Assembly: GCA_964016885.1 (NCBI GenBank)
Contig: OZ024740.1
Span: forward strand, 221,836,001-221,900,000
Source: Eledone cirrhosa
Taxonomy: Eukaryota
DNA: 64,000 bases
Reading direction: 5' to 3'
Shown here: piece after piece, positions 1 to 12,110 of the stretch
Layout: each line of letters starts with the position of its first letter
How positions within the stretch are numbered: position 1 is the stretch's first letter
Translations under genes and position numbers: made by a program
Notes under the pieces: generated by a model
Seen by the model: only the letters and a program-made list of their open reading frames with translations
Told to the model about the DNA's origin: nothing
Database searches by the model: none

Positions 1-112
1 TTATCTCTCCGTGAAAAACTCTTCTATCTCTGTTGGAATTGCAAGAGAGTCTTTTATGGAATGATGTAAGAATAAACTAATAATTTAGCTGCTTCTAATA
101 TTTCTACATAGC

Positions 113-265
113 GCGGCGAAGTGGCAGAATCATTAGAACGACGGATAGAATGCTTTGCGGTATTTCTTCCGACTCTCTGCTCTCTGAGTTTACATTTCCT
201 CGAGGTCTACATTTTCTTTCATCCTTTTCAGGTCAATAAAAATTGTACTATTCCAGCACTAAGGT
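113..265 (+). mobile_element. tRNA-derived SINE (mirror copy at ~675-825 on minus)
   Basis: The head GGCGAAGTGGCAGAATCATTAGA is A-box-like. The body ...CGAGGTC...TTTCATCCTTT...GTCAATAAAAA is shared with copies at 5195, 5413, 26800 and 45293. Confidence 0.7.
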
Positions 266-286
266 CGATTCTTCCTCTATATCTAA

Positions 287-344
<58 letters not shown>

Positions 345-377
345 GTATATATACGTATATATATATATGAAAAGCAC

Positions 378-611
378 CAGGACCCCGACGGCTGAGCTCC
401 GGCCGTTTCGACAGCTAGATCCGAACTCAGATCTAGCGCTGTAGAAACGACCGGAGCTCAGCCGTCGGGGTCCTGACTCTTTTCCTATTACCCAATCTAG
501 TAGATAGTAATAGGAAAAGAGTCAGGACACCGACGGCTGAGCTCCGGTCGTTTCTACAGCGCTAGATCTGAGTTCGGATCAAGCTGTCGAAACGGCCGTC
601 GGGGTCCTGAC
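378..611. mobile_element. Family A: 3' half of a hammerhead-bearing PLE-type terminal repeat, folded back twice
   Basis: GAAA-CGGCCG-TC-GGGG at 589-604 is HHR stem III plus a GUC cleavage site, preceded by a long stem-II hairpin. A homologous arrangement occurs at 19141-19260. Confidence 0.6.
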
Positions 612-618
612 GCTTTTC

Positions 619-652
<34 letters not shown>

Positions 653-1997
653 TTAGATATAGAGGAAGAATCGACCTTAGTGCTGGAATAGTACATTTTT
701 TATTGACCTGAAAAGGATGAAAGAAAATGTAGACCTCGAGGAAATGTGAACTCAGAGAGCAGAGAGTCGGAAGAAATACCGCAAAGCATTCTATCCGTCC
801 TTCTAATGATTCTGCCACTTCGGCGCGCTATGTAGAAATATTAGAAGCAGCGAAATTATTAGTTTATTCTTACATCATTCCATGAAAAACTTTCTTGCAA
901 TTCCAACAGAGATAGAAGAGTTTTTCATGTTTAAAAACATGTGTTTTGTTGAATTTAAAAGTGTTTGTTTTTTAACATGAGTTCGAATGGGAATAACTTC
1001 ATTGCATCTTAATTAAAAAAAATGAATTGCACAAACGCACAAAAAGATAAACACGTACTGGCACACACACATACATATATATTAGCACAGTGTAGATATT
1101 TAATAACAACATTACTTCAGATAATATATTAATACAACAGTCGCTCATACGAAGAATACTAGGAAGAGTTCCTATTAACCATTTCGTTAACACATTTCTA
1201 ATAAAAGATACTGTCTATTTTTTTCAAATAATTTCGAAAATAACAAGGAATTTGAAGTGATTTTGTAGCACAACTTTCTCATCATTAAGCGGGTGTATGG
1301 AGCACAAGCACAAAGTTTATTACTTAAAACAGATAGGAGGTATTTAGATAAATATAAACATTTGTGTCAGTCGGTTTGGTATAAAATCACAATAAATTTA
1401 TCTAATGATAAATAAAAAAATATGTATATATATGATACAGAAAGAAAGTGAATCTAAAAGGCAAAGAAAAGAACTGATCGTCATATCCCACTAGGTACAT
1501 TATATTTCCATTAGTCTTTTTATTGATGTTACTATCTACCAGCCGCAATTCCTGGTGGAGGAATTAATGTTTTTCAAGTGCCAGGAAGGTGGATTTGAAC
1601 TGAGAACATATAGAATTGGAACAGATATCGCAAAAGGTCCAACTACTCTTTAACAATCTCACTAATTCAGCGCCCATTGACTGGTACTTTATTTATCGAG
1701 CAAGATAGGATGAAAAGCAAACTCGACCTCGTTTGAATTTGAGCTTGGAATATAGCGAGCCAGAACAAATACTAAAATATTTGATCCGGCAGGTTAACGA
1801 CAACAAAACACTCACAACCTCTAAAAGTAGACAGGCACATAAATTACAGAAAATAATCGATAAAAAAAGGACAACGGAACCAATACACTACTTCCACTTG
1901 TCCAAATAAGAATATTTAGGTTTTACTACAGAACACACACACACAAACACATATATATATATATATATATAGGCATTGTTTATAGATTGGCATTGTT

Positions 1998-2020
<23 letters not shown>

Positions 2021-2028
<8 letters not shown>

Positions 2029-2476
2029 GAAGCTTTCACCGTATTTTTTTGACTAAAGAAATTTTAGTCTGATAGTGAGGTTTAGAGCCCTCAGAGAAAT
2101 GGAAAATGATGAGTATTGACGTACATGGGAGTCGAACCCACATCTTTGGTTATCCAGACCACTATGCTACTAGTACACCAACACATCATCCATGTCCTTC
2201 CATTCAAATTAGAAGTTACATTCTTAGCAAGTATGATGACAAGTAAGAATGTTTTGAAACAGCGGCAAGTTTGAAATTAGAAAATAGAAGCTTTCACCGT
2301 ATTTTTTTGACTAAAGAAATTTTAGCCTGATAGTTGGGTTTAGAACCTTTTTTCCATTTCTCTGAGGGTTCTAAAACCCACTATCAGGCTAAAATTTCTT
2401 TAGTAAAAAAAATACCTTGAAAGCTTCTATTTTCTAATTTCAAACTTGTTCTCTGTTTCAAAACATACTTACTTGA
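2021..2476. mobile_element. Family C: ~260-bp tandem unit with a tRNA-like segment plus an inverted copy, inserted in (TA)n
   Basis: AAATAGAAGCTTTCACCGTA occurs at 2023 and 2282, and an inverted copy spans 2348-2476. Homologues are at 25478-25711 and 37579-37795. Confidence 0.8.
2118..2187 (-). ncRNA. tRNA-like (Pol III A/B-box) sequence inside the Family C repeat; not a canonical tRNA gene
   Basis: Minus strand reads GATGTGT TGGTGTACTAGTAGCAT AGTGGT CTGGATA ACCAAAGAT GTGGG TTCGACT CCCAT GTACGTC. It has an acceptor stem with several G-U pairs, an anticodon-like arm, and a T arm with B-box GGTTCGACTCC. Confidence 0.6.
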
Positions 2477-2574
2477 TATATATATATATATATAAAAGTA
2501 AGTCCAAAGAATCATTAGATAAAATATATACTGTATTTCCTCTACCCTTTAAATTTAATATATACATATATATA

Positions 2575-3214
2575 TAAACAATGTCAATCTGCAACTCACA
2601 ATCTACAACCAGCAAATTACTCAAGTTACGGAGTTTGTATATCTCAATCACAAACTCTCATCAAACAACAATGGAATGGTTGCTGCGCAATATCGCATCG
2701 CACTAGGTTGGGCAGCTTTCAACAAGAACAAGGAGTGCTAACATCAAAACGAGTTTCCTATCATTTGAAGGCTAAGATCTTTGATACTTACATCCTACTA
2801 GTTGTGTTATATGGCCTTGACTGTGTTAATTGGATGACAAGGTCACTTCAGAAGCTCTCTACATTCCAGAACCACATCATGAGACTTATGGGAGGCAAGC
2901 AGCTCAGCAACTGTATCTGTATCAGTGAGCTGCTCAACATTACCAAACTTAGACCAATTACATCAATTGTCAAGTCAAGAGTACTCAAACTATACAGTCA
3001 TATAAAAAGATCAACTTGTGGTGTGAGTAGGCTATGTCTGGAAGGAAGGTTGACTGGTAAGAGAAGCAGAGGCCGGCAGCCAAAACGATGGCTTGATATT
3101 GTCAACTTATGGACTGGACTTGACCATTGCTCTTTGAACTCTGCTGCTGGTGATCGAACTTTGTGGAGAAAAATATCTGATGTTGATGCGCAGTCTGTAA
3201 CTGGCGGAGCTTAG
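2575..3214 (+). mobile_element. RTE-clade LINE 3' fragment (post-RT region), frameshifted
   Basis: Translation gives VTEFVYL...RIALGWAAF, then LKAKIFDTYIL.VVLYG.DC..W and GKRSRGRQPKRWLD, typical of the RTE C-terminus. Confidence 0.85.
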
Positions 3215-3539
3215 CATCACAAGAAGATTTGTACATGCATTTATATTTATGTACATGCATGTATATTTATGTATGTATATATGCAGCATAGTGGAATGTA
3301 TGTGTATATGCAGCATAGTGGAATGTCTAAGAATTTCAGTTCTGTCTTATACCATGCATAGCTTTAGGTCACTCCGAGCTTTGTATGAGGAACAGGATTG
3401 ATGGAAACTGTTTGGAAGAGTTTCAGTTAGTACCAAATATATAGAATATAGCAGTCTAATTCTTGAGGTGCCGAATTCTGTACTCATGCGCAAAGAAGCC
3501 TTATTTCTTATGAACATACAAACAAACAAAGAATATATA

Positions 3540-3777
3540 TATATAAGCAATTACGGTCCCACAAATCTTACACATACGCATACACACACGAGCGCACGCC
3601 CACATATATATATGTTTGTAAGTGTGTGTGTGTATGTATATATATATATATATATATTTATATACATACATGCTTACATACATACATTCATACATATATA
3701 CATGTATATATACATTCATACATAAATACGTACTTACATCCATATACACATACATGCATACATGTGTGTGTGTGTAG

Positions 3778-3818
<41 letters not shown>

Positions 3819-3900
3819 GAATGTATGTGCATATGTATATATATATATATATATATATAAATATATGCATATATTTATATATATGCATATATATATGTAT

Positions 3901-3935
<35 letters not shown>

Positions 3936-4029
3936 CATATATATATATATATACATATATATTCACATATATATTCATATATATATACATATATATATAT
4001 ATATATTCATACATATATATTCATATATA

Positions 4030-4060
<31 letters not shown>

Positions 4061-4062
4061 TC

Positions 4063-4095
<33 letters not shown>

Positions 4096-4142
4096 TACAC
4101 ACACATACACACACACACACACGCACATATATATATATAAAT
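3540..4142. repeat. Compound (TA)n/(CA)n microsatellite
   Basis: Direct inspection. Confidence 0.95.
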
Positions 4143-4494
4143 ATTATTGATCGTTGCTATATTCACTAGAAGACATACAACATTCCTTGCATGATCGCTC
4201 TAAGATCAGCCGCAAACGTGACTCTAAATAAAACGTGTGGAATAGTTCCTATAGTAAGCTACAAAGAAGCCGTATAAAAGTTATGCTTCACTTTGAAAAG
4301 CCAAATTACTATTCTAGGTATTGTTTTGAGATATTTGAACAATTGTCAAGTTATATACTTAGAAATAGTAATATTCTAAACTTTAGATAACATACCGTAT
4401 TTTCTGAATGTGTTTCGTGTAATAAAAGCGTGATTGACAAGAAAACACGAGAAAATGTTGTCACTCTTACGTTTAATGTTATTTTACTTCATAC

Positions 4495-4990
4495 AGGCGA
4501 AGGATCATTGGTTAGTAGTTAGGGTTTTTGACTAGTGATGGTAAGGTCATGCATTCGACTCCCAGTGGTGCGTTGTGTCATTGTGCAATACACTTAGCTA
4601 ACAAAAATAAGTTGTACCTCTAATTCAAAGAGTTAACCATGTCACATCCTATGTCACACTGAATTAAGAGTGCACGCGTGCGCGGAATACTCAGCCACTT
4701 GCACGTAAATTTCAGGCTGTTCCGCTTTTCAAAGTCCCGGCGACGGGTTGAGTTTTTGAGTATCACACTTTATATTTCGTTGCTCCAGTTTACTCAGCTG
4801 GCAAACATGAGTTGTACCTGTAATTCAGTGGGACGGCTTTGTTACACCATGTATTGTGCCGAATCTCCCCGAGAACTACATAAAGAGTGCCTGTATCCGT
4901 GAAATGCTCAGCTATTTGCACGTTAATTTCATGAGTTAGCTGTTCTCTTGTTCGAGCAACTGGAACGCACATCGACGGTACAGACGGAGA
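4495..4990 (+). mobile_element. Degenerate tRNA-SINEs of a second family (two adjacent pieces)
   Basis: TTGGTTAGTAGTTAGG...TTCGACTCCC A/B-box-like head. The body (CACTT...TTGCTCCAGTT...ACTCAGCCACTTGCACGT) is shared with 28013 and 55005. Confidence 0.55.
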
Positions 4991-5192
4991 TCCAACACTA
5001 CATACATATGCTATATATAAACAATACATCGTCCCTACATGGACGTTCGATCTGCCACCACATCTCCGTTAAATTACATTCTGATGTCAAAGAATGGAAT
5101 CGTGCATTGGGTGATGTTATCAGAAATACAATACGCCGATTAAAAATGGTTCGATTGTCAGGTATGGAACACCTTTTATTATAAGACTCTCT

Positions 5193-5625
5193 GAGAGCGG
5201 TGGATTGGCAGTATTGGTAGAGTTGGACACCATGCTTTACAGCATAGAGTTACGGTCCTTTACGGTCCCACCGAGGTTAACTTTGCCTTTCATCCTTACG
5301 GGGTAGATAAAATAAAGCACCAGTAACGTACTTGGGTCGATGTAATCGACGTTCCCCTACCCCAAATTACTGGCCTGGTGCCTATACTAGAAATCATTAT
5401 AAGACTGTTTGAGGGCGGTTGATTGACAGTATCGGTAGAGCGTCAGACATACTTTACAGAATATAGCTACGATCATCCTTTATGATTTGAGTTCAAATCC
5501 CGCCGAAGTTAGCTGTGTCTTTCATCCTTAACGAGTCGATAAAATTAATTACCAGTCACGCACTATGATTGATTTAATCGACTTTCCCTTCTCCAGAAAT
5601 TGCTGGCCTTGTACCTAAATTAGCA
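5193..5625 (+). mobile_element. Two tandem tRNA-derived SINE copies
   Basis: Heads GCGGTGGATTGGCAGTATTGGTAGAG and GCGGTTGATTGACAGTATCGGTAGAG, B-box GAGTTCAAATCCC, shared body TTTCATCCTT...GATAAAAT...GCTGGCCTTGT. Confidence 0.8.
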
Positions 5626-6717
5626 TCCATTGAAGGTCTGTTGAATCAAGGCTAACCTGAGACTAAGCGAGAATAATGATACCACCAACAACAAGGAACG
5701 CTTAGGATGTCACTAGACCTGCTAGAATTAGCACCCAAGTTCTTTTCAAATCATAACCTAAGATTTTATAAAAAGATAAAACAATAAAAGAAATGAGACA
5801 TCGAACAACGTAGTTCTAGACAAACAACGCAGGATTGAACACTTTGGATCATATGACTGTTAGACAGTGGCATTGGTAGAGTTTGTGCATCCCGGGATGG
5901 TCGTTGGGTTTGCTGATCCATCCCAATGAAATAGCCATGCAAAATGCCCCGCTCAAAATGATACCACCCTTCCCCAGACAAATGCAACTCCCTGATTCGC
6001 TCTCGTAGCTACGTTACTGCTTCTCGATCAGGGTTAATTTGAGTTTAAAGAAGATTGGGAAATATTTAATGAGTTGACTACAGTCTAGATTAGTGACTCA
6101 CAAAATGTTCGCTACTGCTCTCTTGTGGGTGTTGGGAGGCACCTGTGAAGCACCGGAAGCCAAGTGAGAGATAGAAGTGTCACTAGAAATCAAAAGTGTA
6201 CAAGGGACATCACGGACGAAGATTACAAATTAATAATTCATCTATTAATATAGAGTACATATCGGCCTTATTGTTGCCATGAAAAAAATTTGACATGTAT
6301 ACCAAATAAATACCATGCAGCGTGTTATCCATTAATCTATGAAATGTAAATATTTTTAAATTTCCCTTATCTGGAGACCATAATGATTCCGGTTGAAGTT
6401 TTTCTGTACTCAATACCGGAAATGTACTGTTCTTGCTTCGAAGCATTTATTTTTAGCTTTTGTGCTGAAGTGAAATAGCTTAGTATATGTAGTAGTTTTA
6501 ATAGTATGATATAGGTGTTGGAAATAGATTCAAGTTAACCTTTTAATTTTCAATTTACAGGGAAATACGTGAATGTAGCACGTGTCTAAATACTGAAAAG
6601 TGTTAATATATATACACATTCACGTAGTCCCGATAACGACAATAATAAAGTTTCTATATATATAGATATAAAATCGTTATATACTTCGGTTGCTTAATAC
6701 ACACACACACACACACA

Positions 6718-6806
<89 letters not shown>

Positions 6807-7377
6807 GTATATATACATTATATACATATATATATGTTTGTGTGTGTGTGTGCATTAAGCAGTCGCCGGATACGATGGGTGTGTGTGTATGCATAAATGT
6901 GTGTTTATATATATATATATATATATATATGTAGGAGGTGAGTTTTATTGTAGTACAATAAAGCAATGCAGATTCGGATAGGAAGCACTCTACAGTTTGT
7001 AGGACAGGAGTATACATAATATATAAGATCAAAAGATGGTTAAATGAGTTCCATGGAACACATTTAACCATCTTTTGATCTTATATATTATATATATATA
7101 TATATATTTCCCTGTAAATTGAAAATTAAAAGGTTAACTTATATATATATAAATATAAGTATGTATACATACATACATATATGTATACAGACGTACAGCA
7201 GTATGTATATGCAGACATACATGCACACATATTCATATATATATATATATATATGTACGTATGGGTTAACCGAACATTTATTATAATGTTCGGTTTGTTT
7301 GTAAACAAACAGCCAGAATTAAGCCGTACAGTGTTCGGCAACCATCGTTGCTTTTGTTCAACACTGACAAAGGAACG

Positions 7378-7414
7378 ATGAACTAGTTTCTAGCTTATTA
7401 GCTGTCATCAGCAC
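7378..7414 (-). ncRNA. Minimal type-I hammerhead ribozyme (Family B)
   Basis: Minus strand GTG-CTGATGA-CAGCTAATAAGCTA-GAAA-CTAG-TT-CAT: full core, stem I GUG/CAU, palindromic stem III ACUAGU. Confidence 0.8.
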
Positions 7415-8053
7415 TGTATACCTTCCTGTCAATCGATTGAACATCTGAAAGTATATACTTTCCTTATGCATATTAACGGCTGAGCAGCCTAATTTGCATA
7501 TCGAGCGAGTTAGTCGGCCGGGCGTACCAAAATCGATAAATGGAAAAAAGGAAATTTCATTTCTCACTCTTAGTACGGCTGATACTTAAATATGAGTATG
7601 TATACGTACATACATATATGTGTACAGACGCACAGTAGTATGTATATGTATACATGCATGCACACATATATATATGTACGTATGGGTTTACCGAACATTT
7701 ATTATAATGTTCGGTTTGTTTGTAAATATTTATTATAATGTTCTGTTTGTTTGTAAACAATTATAATAAATGTTCGGTAAACCCATACGTACATATATAT
7801 ATGTGTACATTTATGTGTGTATATACATACTACCTGACGTCTGTATACATATATGTATATACGTATACATACTTATATTTAAGTATCAGCCGTACTAAGA
7901 GTGAGAAATGAAATTTCATTTTTTCCATTTATCGATTTTGGTACGCCCGGCCGACTAACTCACTCGATATACAAATTAGGCTGATCAGCCGGTAATATGC
8001 ATAAGGGAAGTATATACTTTCAAACATTCAATCGATTGACAGGAAGGTATACA

Positions 8054-8090
8054 GTGCTGATGACAGCTAATAAGCTAGAAACTAGTTCAT
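8054..8090 (+). ncRNA. Minimal type-I hammerhead ribozyme (Family B)
   Basis: GTGCTGATGACAGCTAATAAGCTAGAAACTAGTTCAT, identical to the copy at 7378-7414. Confidence 0.8.
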
Positions 8091-8468
8091 CGTTCCTTTG
8101 TCAGTGTTGAACAAAAGGCAACGATGGTTTCCGAACACTGTACGGCTTAATTCGGGATGTACGTACATATATATATATATATATGTATATGTGTGCATGT
8201 ATGTGTGTATATACATACTGCTGTACGTCTGTATACATATATGTATGTACGTATACATACTTATATTTAAGTGTCAGCCGTACTAAGAGTGAGAAATGAA
8301 ATTTCATATTTTCTATATATATATATATATTTTAAAAAAATAGAGGTGTGACATATATATATATGTGTGTGTGTCTATATACGTTAATGTGTAATTCCCT
8401 CTCTGGGTTTGTGTGTATGACTAAATGTGTGTTTATACACACACACACACACACACACACCCACACAC

Positions 8469-8531
<63 letters not shown>

Positions 8532-10249
8532 CATACATGCAATGCTATACATTTACTTTCTAAATAAAGGAAGGGGTTACGTTTTTGAATAATAATACAT
8601 AAAACATAAGGCTCTCTTAAGAATATCTTTAATAGTGCTTCTTTATCTTTAAAACAACGAAAATATTTCATACTCACCAAAATTCATAAATAACCAGGCA
8701 GAATGGAATTTCAGGTTTTTTTCTTTTCCTCTAGGGTTGTTATGGCAGAGTGCCAGAATGTCAGAAATTATCTCCCGATTTCAATGGGGAAATATTCGAG
8801 TTGTTTTGACTGGTCCTCGGAGAACAAAGGCAGATCATATTCGGAAACATATTGCATACAGATAGCTGAAATATACGTAAACTATGATAAACACGTATCC
8901 ACAATCCAGAAAATAATGTTAAGCCCTCAACAAAGATACAACAATATACTGACGAGAGTATAAATGATTCATGATACGATATTATAAAAGATCAGGAAAG
9001 TAAAATTGTTGATGTACCCACGCAATAAATAAGTGACCATGGGTTTTGTACTCATGACTGACCATGGATTTGCCTCTCCCAGGCACAGGCATGATATGAG
9101 TGATATTTTGAAAGAACATCAGTCACCTATGTAGACAAATCACCGCTTTACACGATATCAATGTTTTCCAAAAGAAAGGTAAAAGCTGTGACAGTTTGGC
9201 GCCAGTGTCATCCTAATATTTTCCAAACTGAGTGAACTGGAGCGACGTGAAATATAAAATCATTCTCAGAAACACGACGCGCCGCTCAGTTTGGGAATTG
9301 TACTCGTGAGCCGAGCACTCTAACAACTAACAGTGCGATTTCATTACGAATTAATAAATACACTATTTGCTGTTTACATACAAAAAAACAACAACTCAAA
9401 TTAAAAAAGTATGAATAAGTAAATCCTTTCAGAGTTATCTCATTAAAGTTTAACTTTCTTATCATTATAGCATTTTTGTTTGGAGTAAAGGTAATTATAA
9501 AATTACGTTGACTTTGAAATCAATAAAAGAAAAAAATAAATTATTGTGCGTTTTTATTCTAGGTATTATTTGAGAGTTACCTGATTCAACGCTACACTAG
9601 AATTCTTATTGGGCCATAGAGAAATTTCAATCCTCCCATGATCAATGATTGTTAATAAGTCAGGATGTATGCTTTTGTAGACACCCACATCGGGAAAAGG
9701 AAACTTATTGCATTTGCAAGATCATAGGATTATCAAAGTATAGATAATAATACAATTCTCCTGAATTGTCAAATGTAATAATCAAAGAAAGAGAATTTTA
9801 AATCACATTCTAACTGAACAATTATACATATTAATATTAATATGTTATTATTATTATCATTATTATTTATGTAATCAGCTTAAATGTCTGTGTTCAGTTG
9901 GTAAGCCATGACAAACTGGGAAATACATCTAATATGCCTTATAATTAAGAATCAAAAGCAGAAACAGAAAAACGGCAAAAGAGACAAAACTAACAAATAC
10001 ACATGTACACACGCAATCATATACATATGACAGTGGCAGCTTGATAATGTCTGTCTTCCTCATTATGTGGCTATTAAGGTCTGATTGCGTAAGCCGATTG
10101 ACGAATTCCGAGTGAGTTCGGTTTGTTTTGCAAGAGTCATGCGTACAGGAAGGCGTTCAGTTTTTGGTATTTGCTGAGAGTGAGTAGGTTGACTGGTGCA
10201 ACAACGGTCTTATTTACACACGCACACACACACTCACACACACGCACAC

Positions 10250-10355
<106 letters not shown>

Positions 10356-10363
10356 ACACACAC

Positions 10364-10399
<36 letters not shown>

Positions 10400-10435
10400 G
10401 TAGTGTCTATATATACATATAAATATATATTTATA

Positions 10436-11204
<769 letters not shown>

Positions 11205-11432
11205 GTCTGCGGTGTTGAGACCGGGGAGACCACTAATCGTGGGAATAATCAATACATGAGGAGATGCAGAGATACGTAAAATCATGGCCATGGCGCCAAG
11301 CGGTTTCGGCTTGTGTCCACAACCTGCGATTTTACACACACTCAGACACACACACACACATACACACACAGACACATACACAGACACACACATACACACA
11401 CAGACACAGACACATACACACACACACATAAT

Positions 11433-11466
<34 letters not shown>

Positions 11467-11661
11467 GAAAACATGGAGAAAAAGACGATTATTAGGAAGA
11501 AAAATTTTTTTTTCCCTTTCTATTTATTTCTCTCTTTTTTTTCTGGGTTAGAAAATGATTAAAACGAAATATTTCACTTTGTGTGAAGTGTTAAGGTATT
11601 AGTTGATTTATTTATTAATTAACAAAGGCATTTATTTATTTATTTATTTATATATTTAATA

Positions 11662-11710
11662 ATTGTCTATTACCGGTTTCAGCATTTTTATGCATTATCA
11701 AATGATAATA
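11662..11710 (-). ncRNA. Degenerate hammerhead in the PLE 3' repeat
   Basis: Minus strand TTGATAA-TGCATAAAAATGCT-GAAA-CCGG-TA, with two core substitutions relative to CTGATGA. Confidence 0.45.
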
Positions 11711-11802
11711 ATATGTATTGGTGTAGAATGGTGGTGTTGGACATGTTAAAGAAATGGTGCAGAAAGAATAATGTTATTTACAAACAAGGTTTATGAAGTG
11801 AA

Positions 11803-12110
11803 AAGGAAAAAGAAAAAAGAAAAAAGAAAAGAAGAAAAAAAGAAAAAAGAAAAAAAGAAAAAAGAAAAAAGAAAAAAGAAAAAAGAAAAAAGAAAAAAGA
11901 AAAAAGAAAAAAGAAAAAAGAAAAAAGAAAAAAGAAAAAAGAAAAAAGAAAAAAGAAAAAAGAAAATAGAAAAAAGAAAAAAGAAAAAAGAAAAAAGAAA
12001 AAAGAAAAAAGAAAAAAGAAAAAAGAAAAAAGAAAAAAGAAAAAAGAAAAAAGAAAAAAGAAAAAAGAAAAAAGAAAAAAGAAAAAAGAAAAAAGAAAAA
12101 ATGAAAAAAA
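11803..12110. repeat. (GAAAAAA)n heptamer satellite
   Basis: About 40 near-perfect 7-mers. Confidence 0.95.

Larger units (their letters stand above)
13..927. repeat. ~915-bp imperfect palindrome (inverted duplication) containing a SINE copy in each arm and two nested inner hairpins
   Basis: AAACTCTTCTATCTCTGTTGGAATTGCAAGA at ~17 is the reverse complement of ~893-923. The mirror ORFs 121..444(+) and 579..818(-) are near-identical. The centre is at ~495-505. Confidence 0.95.
7150..8312. mobile_element. Family B: ~420-bp non-coding hammerhead-bearing unit (retrozyme-like), ~1.4 tandem units plus ~1.3 inverted units
   Basis: CGTATGGGTT(A/T)ACCGAAC occurs at ~7258 and ~7679. The inversion centre is at ~7730-7770 and both sides are flanked by TA runs. 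Homologues are at 10436-10953 and 38993-39230. Confidence 0.9.
3350..9850 (-). pseudogene. Decayed class C (GABA-B-like) GPCR remnant, copy 1, fragmented by repeats
   Basis: Minus-strand peptides occur in collinear order: ILPGY (~8690, VFT WIIPGWY-like), LMDNTLHGIYLVYMSNFFHG...LICNLRP* (6210-6340, TM2-TM3), SLGF..TGA (~6150), LYGFFVAYYRN (~4260, TM5), SDHARNVVCLLVNIA (~4170, TM6), IYLVLTETLP (~3430, TM7). Recognised by eye against remembered GABA-B sequences. Confidence 0.55.

Noticed and set aside
2118-2187. Bona fide tRNA gene
   Set aside because: Weak D arm, many G-U pairs, no adjacent T-run terminator, and embedded in a repeat unit.
3468-4166. Many ORFs of [16 protein letters not shown] type here and throughout the window
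   Set aside because: They are translations of stop-free dinucleotide microsatellites.
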